Source: Gammaproteobacteria bacterium
GTDB lineage: Bacteria > Pseudomonadota > Gammaproteobacteria > Arenicellales > UBA868
Assembly: GCA_022450155.1 (NCBI GenBank)
Contig: JAKUQR010000014.1
Span: 2,539 to 66,538, forward strand
Reading direction: 5' to 3'
DNA: 64,000 nucleotides
Numbering within the stretch: position 1 is the stretch's first letter; every line of letters starts with the position of its first letter. Both the position numbers and the translations under genes were made by a program. Shown piece after piece: positions 1 to 8,244 of the stretch. The notes under the pieces are model-generated. The model saw only the letters and a list, made by a program, of their open reading frames with translations, had not been told where the DNA came from and did not search any database.

Positions 1-1
1 G

Positions 2-850
2 ATCGGTTCATTCAAACTGCGCGGTGCAATCAACGCGATGCGCAGCACTGACCCTGAAAGGCTTAAAGCGGGTGTGTGGACTGCAAGCATGGGCAACATG
101 GCTCAAGGTGTCGCCTGGGCAGCACGTGAGATGGGCATCAAAGCAACTGTGGTCGTGCCCGAAGATGCGACCAGATCAAAACTTGCCGCAATGGAAGAAC
201 TGGGCGCATCCATCCGGACAATTCCCCGGGACGCCTGGTTCGACCTGATCTTACACAGTCACGACTACCCTGGCATGGTAGGGCTTTTCATTCACCCAGC
301 GAGTAACCGTGATGTCATGGCGGGCCAGGGCACCATCGGTCTTGAAATCCTGGAAGATCTTCCAGACGTCAATGCTGTCATTACTCCGTTTGGGGGCGGT
401 GGGCTCACCGCCGGCGTCGCCTCGGCGATCCAACTGCTTAAACCGTCCACCCGGCGCTATGCGTGTGAACTGGACACCGGGGCACCCCTGGCGCCATCAC
501 TCGCGGCTGGCGAACCCGTAACCATCACCCCCAAACCCGCACCACGCTATGCCTCGGGCTTCAGCGGCGCACCGTCTGTTGCGGAAGAAATGTGGCCCAT
601 CCTGAGTAGCGTCGTCGACGGTTCACTATTGATGTCGGTTAACGAACTGGCCACCACCATCAAACTGCTGGTTGAACGCAATCACATCGTCGCCGAGGGC
701 GCGGGGGCAGCAGCGGTTGCCACCGCCCTGGCTGGCCGTGCCGGTACCGGCAAGATCGCCTGCGTGGTCTCAGGCGGGCACATCGATCTTGATGAACTCA
801 ACCAGATTCTGAGTCCCTTTGACCTTACGTCACCTCAGACCTGTTACTAA
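2..850 (+). CDS. PLP-dependent (fold type II) threonine/serine dehydratase-family enzyme, 5' partial (gene starts upstream of window)
   Basis: Frame-2 translation from base 2 reads IGSFKLRGAINAM..., the PLP-lysine motif of tryptophan-synthase-beta-like enzymes. A glycine-rich GGGGL loop follows. TAA stop at 848-850. Confidence 0.8.
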   Translation: MGSFKLRGAINAMRSTDPERLKAGVWTASMGNMAQGVAWAAREMGIKATVVVPEDATRSKLAAMEELGASIRTIPRDAWFDLILHSHDYPGMVGLFIHPASNRDVMAGQGTIGLEILEDLPDVNAVITPFGGGGLTAGVASAIQLLKPSTRRYACELDTGAPLAPSLAAGEPVTITPKPAPRYASGFSGAPSVAEEMWPILSSVVDGSLLMSVNELATTIKLLVERNHIVAEGAGAAAVATALAGRAGTGKIACVVSGGHIDLDELNQILSPFDLTSPQTCY

Positions 851-958
851 AACAAAAAATATCAAAGGGATGTATCTCCTAACTCAGTGGGAATCTAGCT
901 CGAGTCGATGGCCCTAGCCAGTACACCACACATTACTTGCAGTTGCACACCCTCGTGC

Positions 959-1570
959 TCAACACACCAGTGTGGTGCCATCTGCGTCGATAATTTTCTC
1001 GCCTGCCAGTACATAGTCAACAATCAGGTGGATACGATCCTCGCTGCCGCCATTGACAACGCCGTGTTCCCGTCGATTGTTGATCTCCCAGAGTTCACCA
1101 GGTTTCATATGCACCTCGGTATCACCCACTGAAAACAGGTTCTGTTCATTGGTAATGATCGGCAGATGCATGCGGTGTGATTTTGATAGCGTCTCACCCT
1201 GGTCAACATGGTGCGGTATGCTGCCATTGGTTAGAAGTTTGACCAGGATCATACGGATGAAATAACCCCGACCATGCTTCTTCCGCAGGCGCTTGGCTTT
1301 TAGGGACTGCTCGAACTGTCGCCGGATGAAGGTTTCAATTGGCTCCAGCAGCTCTTTGTAGGTCTGATATGACGAATGGTAGGTGGGATCACGATGACGG
1401 CCGTCTTCGTCCATGATCAGCCGAATGGTTTGCGTCTGCTTGTGCACCTCATAAGTTTTCTGGCGAAAGGCATCAGCGGTCCAATCCGCGTCGGTAATTT
1501 TCGCCGCGTGCTGTGCAAACCGAGTGACGTCTATGTCTCCGATTTTCCTCAGATCGCCGTCAAAGTTCAT
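959..1570 (-). CDS. aspartyl/asparaginyl beta-hydroxylase-family (AspH-like cupin) 2OG oxygenase
   Basis: 203-aa ORF with HVDQGE...H pattern and a C-terminal cupin region, typical of the AspH/LpxO-like family. Confidence 0.55.
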   Translation of the reverse strand: MNFDGDLRKIGDIDVTRFAQHAAKITDADWTADAFRQKTYEVHKQTQTIRLIMDEDGRHRDPTYHSSYQTYKELLEPIETFIRRQFEQSLKAKRLRKKHGRGYFIRMILVKLLTNGSIPHHVDQGETLSKSHRMHLPIITNEQNLFSVGDTEVHMKPGELWEINNRREHGVVNGGSEDRIHLIVDYVLAGEKIIDADGTTLVC

Positions 1571-1756
1571 CGCTTCCCCTCACAACAACCAATTACTTCA
1601 TTCTACGAAACCCAACGATCAGCCTACCGACAGATATCTTAAAACTCCACAATCGTTTCAAGTAGCAGTATACCTGGTTCGTTCATTTTGATTACCCACT
1701 GTGCGCTGATTACAACGCGTAACTTGATGACGGGGGATATTTCTGATTAGAAGAAC

Positions 1757-2224
1757 CTAAAGCGCACTCTCCCATTTCCCTTCCGTATAAGTACCCGCCA
1801 CGGTCCCCCACTGGCTATAAACCGTGCCAGTCCACTTTCGGTTGTTCTGCCAAGCACCCTCAAAGCGAAGTCCGCCAGCCCACGTATAGACACCGTGCCC
1901 GTGGAACTTGCCACCCCTGAACTCGCCCTCGTAGCGCTCTCCACTGGCAAACTTAAATACCCCCTGGCCATGGTATTTTCCCTCGTGAAACGCCCCTTCA
2001 TATTCATTGCCGTTTGAAAAGAAGTACGCACCCTGTCCATGGAACTGGCCATTCTGAATCTCTCCCACATAACGATCCGCATTGGCAAAGGTCTGTGTAA
2101 TCGTCTCAGCAGCGGCTATCGGTTTAAGGGCACTCAATAACACACATCCTACGCATAGGCTAAGGAATACAATCGATTGAATGCTCCGGATGGCCATACT
2201 GCTATTGTTTATCGGTTGTCGCAA
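1757..2224 (-). CDS. MORN-repeat protein with N-terminal signal peptide
   Basis: Repeated YEGEFxxGKxHGxG units (MORN motif) follow a hydrophobic leader (FLSLCVGCVLLSALKPIAAA). The true start may be the internal Met at about 2197. Confidence 0.7.
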   Translation of the reverse strand: MRQPINNSSMAIRSIQSIVFLSLCVGCVLLSALKPIAAAETITQTFANADRYVGEIQNGQFHGQGAYFFSNGNEYEGAFHEGKYHGQGVFKFASGERYEGEFRGGKFHGHGVYTWAGGLRFEGAWQNNRKWTGTVYSQWGTVAGTYTEGKWESAL

Positions 2225-2353
2225 TTGTCAATTCTGTTGGCCTGTCATCGCTAAGGCGAAACGCCTTTATCGCTGTACTCGACAAACATCTCCGCCAAAC
2301 CTGTTGGATCGATCAACATCGGCTTGCATGTTCCTCATTAATCCATTTTGTGC

Positions 2354-3208
2354 TTACAACAAAAATTCATCCCAACACAGACGCGACAACCGGGCTGTCA
2401 GATCATAAGCCACGGTATGGCCCGGCTCGCCGGTCGGTAGTTCAGCGGGTACGTTGTCGGTATAGGCGCTGATCAGAAACAGCGGCCTATCCCCGGCATA
2501 GACAATACCGGCATCGTTATAATTCTTAGCTGTAGTTCCGGTCTTATGCGCCACCTTGGTTCCTAAAGGCAAGCGGGCGGGTATCCGGTTACGCAGTCGC
2601 TGCCAGCTCAGAATATCGATTGCCAACTGGCATAAGTCCGGTGTACATCCCAGTCGACCAGCGCTGGCCTCATCAACTACACCCTGCAATATGATTTCGA
2701 GCAGGAGAGCGACATCTGCCGGTGTGGTCGAATTGGTCTTGTCGGCCGGTAGATAGCCGGCCATACCGGCAGGCGGTATACCGTATCGATGTACCGTATC
2801 CACCATACCGATAGACTGGCACAACACATTGATCAATTCGAGACCTACCAGGTCCGCAACTGCGCCGGTGCATGTGTTGTCACTCACGATGATCATCATC
2901 ACCAGAGCGTCCTGAAGCTGAATCACAAAATCACTCTGTAAATGTTGAAAACACCCGGAATCGTTGTTCTTAAATCGAGATGCCATGGTCACCGGCTGGG
3001 ACAGCGAGAGCTCGCCCTCATTCACCGCCTTGAGCGCTGCCATCATGATCGCAATCTTGCGGGTACTGGCCGATGGCACCACAGCGTTACCATGACGTTC
3101 CAGTACAGCACCTGTTCGCAGGTTCTTGACGTACCAACCCGTGTGAAACGGCTGTTCATCACATAACTGGTTAAGTTCATTTTCTAGGGTGACTGACATG
3201 AATTCCAA
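2354..3208 (-). CDS. class A beta-lactamase-family serine hydrolase lacking a signal peptide
   Basis: All three class A motifs are present: SxxK (STRK), SDN (VSDNTC) and KTG (HKTGT). The N-terminus aligns with mature TEM-like enzymes, but there is no secretion leader. Confidence 0.75.
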   Translation of the reverse strand: MEFMSVTLENELNQLCDEQPFHTGWYVKNLRTGAVLERHGNAVVPSASTRKIAIMMAALKAVNEGELSLSQPVTMASRFKNNDSGCFQHLQSDFVIQLQDALVMMIIVSDNTCTGAVADLVGLELINVLCQSIGMVDTVHRYGIPPAGMAGYLPADKTNSTTPADVALLLEIILQGVVDEASAGRLGCTPDLCQLAIDILSWQRLRNRIPARLPLGTKVAHKTGTTAKNYNDAGIVYAGDRPLFLISAYTDNVPAELPTGEPGHTVAYDLTARLSRLCWDEFLL

Positions 3209-3286
3209 ACCTCTTGTTCTTTATCTGATCTATGACCTCAGTTATCCTAACCCAAACCATAAGCAAAATAACTTAGGTAGTCGAGA

Positions 3287-4105
3287 ATGACTGCATCACA
3301 ACAATCAGCGCAAACGCCCCTGCGCCGCCTGACCGAAGCCCAGGTCGAGCAGTATCAACGGTGCGGCTATATAAAGAATCTGTCGGTTATTGATGCTTCT
3401 AAGATTTCGACGCTCCAGGCGTCATTTGAGGAACTGGCCGCACGACTACCCGATAGCACCGATATCAATCAGGTCAATTTGTGGCACAAGTACAGCCGCA
3501 CGTTCTACGATCTTTCCCGCCACCCAGCCATTCTGGATTATGTTGAAGACCTGATCGGGCCAGATTTTTTCCAGTGGGCCGGTCAGTTTTTCGTGAAGTA
3601 CCCGGGAGATGGATCCGAAGTGCCCTGGCATCAGGATGCACAGTACTGGCCACTTTCCCCGCAGCAGACAGTTTCGGTCTGGCTCGCGGTTTACGATACG
3701 GACACCAACAATGCAGCCATGCAGGTGGTATCCGGCAGTCACCGCCGAGGACAGTTTGCCCACCATACAAACAATAACCCCCATCTTGTGCTGAATCGGG
3801 GAGCCGATATCTCAAATTGACAACCCGAAGACATCGTTACTATCGACCTCAAAGCCGGAGAAATTTCGCTCCATGATTCTGGTCTTTTGCATGGTTCAGG
3901 TCCAAACCAGTCGCAGCATATGCGCTGTGGTATGACGATGCGATTCTCCCCGACCCGCGTGCAGGCTGATCTTTCTGAATGGCCGACGTTCGAGGCCTAT
4001 ATGGCACGCGGCGTCGACCGCCTGCACTTGAATCCGCGGGGGCCCGTCCCGACGGGCGAAGATTATCCAGTGCGAAAATTTCAACACTCATCAGAGTTTG
4101 GGTAA
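3287..4105 (+). pseudogene. phytanoyl-CoA dioxygenase (PhyH) family gene interrupted by an in-frame TGA at 3818-3820
   Basis: ORFs 3287..3820 and 3887..4105 are in the same frame. The read-through is ...RGADISN*QPEDIVTIDLKAGEISLHDSGLLHGSGPNQ... The combined length of 273 aa is the normal PhyH size. HxD and the distal His motif are on opposite sides of the stop. Confidence 0.6.
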
Positions 4106-4151
4106 GACTCACCTGGCCACTGCCGACAACACGGTAAGTCATAAATCCACG

Positions 4152-4937
4152 ATGGGCAGTTCAGTTAACCGTTATGACCCTAGAAATATCGAGACCATGG
4201 AACTGGTCTATGGCAAGGGATACATGTCGGCCGGCGGTGACGCTGAGGTCGCACGAATAGTGACGGGCATCAAAATTCGTAACCGCCAACTGCTGGACAT
4301 CGGCTGCGGACTGGGCGGCGCTGCTATCTCGCTGGTCAAAGACCATCATGCGCGTCATGTGGATGCCCTGGATATCGATGACGATATCATCAGACGCGCA
4401 GGTGAACTGATTGAAGCAACAGACATGGACGATCGTATCACCCTGACACGGTTTGACGGCGGTGCACTGCCTTATCATTCTGACCAATTCGACGTGATCT
4501 ATCTCACAGCGACCAGCTGTCATCTAGAGGATTTGTACGGCTTTTTTTCCGAGATCCACAGGGTATTACGCTGCGGGGGCTGGGTGGTCGGCGGCGAATG
4601 GTTCAAGGCAGCAGACAATTCTGCTTACAGAGATTGGGACTCCCTGCTAAGGGAAAGAGGCCTTAACTTCTATTTTGTCTGCCGGTCGCATTTCGAAACA
4701 ACCCTGTCGAAGAGTGGCTTTGGGTCAGTGTCTGTCGTCGACCGAACCCAGGCAACTACAGACCTTGCCCGAGGCTACCTGGACCGTGTGAAAACAGAAC
4801 TCAAAGACACGCTACGGGCAAAACTTGGGAACAAGGACCTTGAGGCTTTTCTCAACTGGACCCGCGGGCGTTACGAATGCTTTGCCAATGGTGGTATGGC
4901 TTACGGACATTTTCGAGCGTTCAAAGTTGAAACCTGA
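4152..4937 (+). CDS. class I SAM-dependent methyltransferase
   Basis: LDIGCGLGG glycine-rich SAM-binding motif. The start was chosen at the internal ATG 4152 (MGSSVNRY...) to avoid overlap with the PhyH reading frame. Confidence 0.75.
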   Translation: MGSSVNRYDPRNIETMELVYGKGYMSAGGDAEVARIVTGIKIRNRQLLDIGCGLGGAAISLVKDHHARHVDALDIDDDIIRRAGELIEATDMDDRITLTRFDGGALPYHSDQFDVIYLTATSCHLEDLYGFFSEIHRVLRCGGWVVGGEWFKAADNSAYRDWDSLLRERGLNFYFVCRSHFETTLSKSGFGSVSVVDRTQATTDLARGYLDRVKTELKDTLRAKLGNKDLEAFLNWTRGRYECFANGGMAYGHFRAFKVET

Positions 4938-5015
4938 CCTGGGGTTCGGGTATACCGGTGCACTTCAGCACCAGCCACTAGAGAAACGTTCCCTTAAGCG
5001 TGGTGGCAAAAGCGG

Positions 5016-6320
5016 TTACGAATAGGCTGCATCCTGCCGGTCGTACCAACGCATCGCGAGCGGGACAAACCACGGATTTCCCGTGTACAGAGGGTGACTG
5101 CGAAACGTACGATCCGCAAATACAGTTGAAGCTTCTTGCAAACCCAGTACCTGTTTCGCTGCCTTGTCACCGAGGTAAGTGCCCATCGGCAGTCCGGCAA
5201 AACAGTACCCCAGCGCATAGTGCAGCCCATTGTGCATGCCCACATGCGGCCACAAATCAAATGTACCCGCACATTGTCCACTCCAGATACGCGAGAGTTT
5301 TACGTCACTCAATTCGGGGAAGATAACATCCAGACGGCTCTTCAGTTTTTCGGCTTTCGTGGATAATCGGTCAACCGGGCCACCGGTATAAGCGCCCATG
5401 AGCAGACGAGGTTGATCCGGCGCCTGGCGTATATACACCAGGTTGTTGTTGTAATCATGAAAAGTTCGGTTGTTGGGCAGAATCTGGGTAATCACATCTT
5501 CGGACAGAACATCGGTCGCGATCATATAACCGTGAAAAGGGATGACCCGGCGCCGCAACCAGGGTACGGCACTGTCGGTATACCCATTGGTGGCAACAAT
5601 CACATCTCTAGCCATCAAAACACCCCGTGGCGTATCAACTTGAAAACCGGTCCCATCAGGACGAACAGCAGTCACCGGTGTATGACCGATTATCTGCACA
5701 CTGGCCGACCGTGCAGTGTTCAGCAACCCCAGATGGTAGAGCCCGGGATGAATACTCCCGAGGTCTGGAATCAGCGCTCCCCCGACATAACGACCGGCCC
5801 CAATCTCTTCACTTTGCTCAGATTCAGAGATCATCTGAAACGGGTGACCGAGATGTTTGCGTCGCAACTCGAGTTCATCGGTCATCAATACCCGCTGCTC
5901 GGCATTCAGGGCGCCCATGAACCGGCCACAGCGCGTCAGGTAACAGTGTATGTTCTCCCGCGCTACCAGTTCGAACACAAAATAAAACGCGGCATCGAGT
6001 TCCCGGTACACCTGCACTGCGTAGCCAAGACCATAGGCTTGTAGCAGCGAACCAAAACTGTGCTTGAGCGTTCGCCCGACAAAGCCCGCATTGCGGGAAC
6101 TCGCACCATGACCCAGTGCTTTTGCTTCCAACACCACGACGTCGCGTCCTGCCCGGGCGAGTGTCAGCGCGGCAGACAGGCCGGTAAACCCGGAACCCAC
6201 CACGACGACATCGGCCCTGTCCGGAAAATTGTCCATCGTGGACTGCGCTGGCCGCGGTGCAGCATGCCACCACCATGGTTCCTCTATATAGTCGTCCGCT
6301 AAGAGATGATCATCCATCAC
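5016..6320 (-). CDS. FAD-dependent oxidoreductase (DAO family, gamma-glutamylputrescine-oxidase-like)
   Basis: N-terminal VVVVGSGFTGLSAALTLARAG dinucleotide-binding fold. 434 aa. Confidence 0.8.
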   Translation of the reverse strand: MMDDHLLADDYIEEPWWWHAAPRPAQSTMDNFPDRADVVVVGSGFTGLSAALTLARAGRDVVVLEAKALGHGASSRNAGFVGRTLKHSFGSLLQAYGLGYAVQVYRELDAAFYFVFELVARENIHCYLTRCGRFMGALNAEQRVLMTDELELRRKHLGHPFQMISESEQSEEIGAGRYVGGALIPDLGSIHPGLYHLGLLNTARSASVQIIGHTPVTAVRPDGTGFQVDTPRGVLMARDVIVATNGYTDSAVPWLRRRVIPFHGYMIATDVLSEDVITQILPNNRTFHDYNNNLVYIRQAPDQPRLLMGAYTGGPVDRLSTKAEKLKSRLDVIFPELSDVKLSRIWSGQCAGTFDLWPHVGMHNGLHYALGYCFAGLPMGTYLGDKAAKQVLGLQEASTVFADRTFRSHPLYTGNPWFVPLAMRWYDRQDAAYS

Positions 6321-6375
6321 AACTCAGTCTTCAGCGTCTACGCCAGAACGTAAACAAACACCGAAACCTACCACA

Positions 6376-7296
6376 CTAATCGGTATCCACGTCGTAGTAG
6401 CTCGGAGGCCCCTTTGCACTATGACTCACATGAAAACGGGATAACGCCGCAACCTGTTTGACCAGTTCCGGAGGACCGAGATCACTTTGCGCCGGATCAC
6501 GAACCCCATGCAGATAGTCCTTGGGATCCATATGGTCCACAACGCCCAGACTGCTCGAACCCAACGAATAACCGATCAGTTCCTGAATCTGGTCCGGCAA
6601 CTGCCGAGCCAGTTCCGGCGGCACAGCCATATACTGGTTCTCTTCCTGCCGCAACCAACCCAGGTTGTAATGCAAGGCTACACCGCTACGCGGACTCTCC
6701 GCGCGGTTCGCACCGCCGCCATGAATCGTATTTCCAGTGTAAATCAGTACTGAACCCGCAGGCATTTCAGTGGCCACGACCTCCTCAGGTTCTGGCACCC
6801 GGTCGTTGGACCAACGATGGGACCCCGGGACCAGGCGCGTGCCACCATTCTCCCGGGTGAAATCACTGAGCGCCCACATCGTCGCCACGGTCAACGGAGG
6901 ACACGGACTCGCAATCGGGTAGACCCCAATATCACGATGCAACACCTGCCGGGTTTCGCCCGGCTCAAGGTGCATCACGCCGGTATAGTGCACACGATAG
7001 CGGACACAATGAGGCAACAAGGCGTCGTCCGCGACCGCCAGTATCGTGGGGTGAACCAACAGAGTCTGAACCGCAGTCGACTTCGCAAGCAGCGCCCCAA
7101 ACCGCTTGGTGAGCTTGCCATAAAACTCTTCGTGCCCGTCATGCGCTTGCGCAAAATAGGGTGCCAGATCGGCTTTTACGGCAGCAACCGTATCGGCATC
7201 GACCGCATCACGCACGACAGCATACCCATCCTCAGCAACCGCCGCAGCAACCGTTTCCGGCCGCGCATCTCCTGCAAAAGTGTTCTTCAGTTCCAT
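6376..7296 (-). CDS. phytanoyl-CoA dioxygenase (PhyH) family 2OG/Fe(II) oxygenase
   Basis: HRD...H facial-triad region and PhyH-like length. The start was set at the internal ATG (MELKNTF...). The longer upstream extension is Cys/Arg-rich and looks spurious. Confidence 0.75.
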   Translation of the reverse strand: MELKNTFAGDARPETVAAAVAEDGYAVVRDAVDADTVAAVKADLAPYFAQAHDGHEEFYGKLTKRFGALLAKSTAVQTLLVHPTILAVADDALLPHCVRYRVHYTGVMHLEPGETRQVLHRDIGVYPIASPCPPLTVATMWALSDFTRENGGTRLVPGSHRWSNDRVPEPEEVVATEMPAGSVLIYTGNTIHGGGANRAESPRSGVALHYNLGWLRQEENQYMAVPPELARQLPDQIQELIGYSLGSSSLGVVDHMDPKDYLHGVRDPAQSDLGPPELVKQVAALSRFHVSHSAKGPPSYYDVDTD

Positions 7297-7336
7297 CGCA
7301 GTCGTTCCTTTTAGAGGTGTCTTTTTAAACAGCTTA

Positions 7337-7765
7337 CTAGTCCACCGATCCGACGGGGGGCAATTTTTTCCCACCGGCCAATATATCGAGTATCCAATGT
7401 GTCGCTGGCGAATACACATCGATAAACACAGCCGTTTCATCACCGATGATTTGACCGCCGTGGGGCACATTGCCGGCTGCATACCAGCCGTCGCCAGGGC
7501 CGATTTCCCGGGTCTCATCGCCCACCGTCAAAAGAATCCGTCCGGTCAGCAGCAGGCTGAACTGCTCATGCGGATGGGAATGCATGGGGTAGATCGATCC
7601 AGGCTCATAAACCGCGCGGATCAGATGCATATGTTCACCGCTGATGATCTGACATTCACTGCCATCCTCATCAAACTGGTAGCGATCGATATCCTCCCAG
7701 CTGAAAATTTGCCCGGCAAAGATTTCAGCACCATACGAGTTTGTTCGATTTATCTCGTTGTTCAT
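7337..7765 (-). CDS. cupin-domain protein
   Basis: HSHPHEQ...H cupin metal motif. The start was set at the internal ATG 7765 (MNNEINR...), which has a GAAGG RBS. Confidence 0.6.
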   Translation of the reverse strand: MNNEINRTNSYGAEIFAGQIFSWEDIDRYQFDEDGSECQIISGEHMHLIRAVYEPGSIYPMHSHPHEQFSLLLTGRILLTVGDETREIGPGDGWYAAGNVPHGGQIIGDETAVFIDVYSPATHWILDILAGGKKLPPVGSVD

Positions 7766-7781
7766 TTCCAAAAGCCTTCGG

Positions 7782-8216
7782 CTAACCCGTGTCGCTGACC
7801 AGATCCGCTGCGGCAATACCGTAGACAGCGGCTGCTTCGTCGTTATCCGACGTATCACCCGAGATACCCACCGCGCCCAAGAGGGCTCCAGCCTCGTCGT
7901 GGATCAGCACCCCACCGGGTACGGGCACAAAATTACCCTCAGCCAGGCCGTTGATCGCCTGAATAAAGTAGGCCTGCTGTTCGGCGCGCGCCATCAGCGC
8001 CCGCGTGCCCATACCCATCGCAATGGCCGCATTGGCTTTCCCCTGGGCAATCCGGGCCCGCAACGTACTGACACCATCTTCAGACAACACCACAACCAGG
8101 GTGGCTCTTGGATCCAACACCACCACACTGACGGGTTTTAAAGCCAACTCCCTCGCTTTGGCCAGACTGGCCGTAGCAATGGTCTGGGCCTGTTCAAGCG
8201 ATACGGACATCCTCAA
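7782..8216 (-). CDS. GlcG/DUF336 haem-binding-like protein
   Basis: 144 aa, Ala/Gly-rich. Ends ...GGVLIHDEAGALLGAVGISGDTSDNDEAAA..., characteristic of the GlcG family. Confidence 0.6.
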   Translation of the reverse strand: MRMSVSLEQAQTIATASLAKARELALKPVSVVVLDPRATLVVVLSEDGVSTLRARIAQGKANAAIAMGMGTRALMARAEQQAYFIQAINGLAEGNFVPVPGGVLIHDEAGALLGAVGISGDTSDNDEAAAVYGIAAADLVSDTG

Positions 8217-8244
8217 CCCCTCAATTTTGATTTAGTTCGGCACG

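Noticed and set aside
3818-3860. Selenocysteine recoding of the in-frame TGA in the PhyH gene
   Set aside because: PhyH-family enzymes are not known selenoproteins. No stem-loop at the bacterial SECIS distance (~11 nt downstream) is apparent. TGA functions as an ordinary stop elsewhere in the window.
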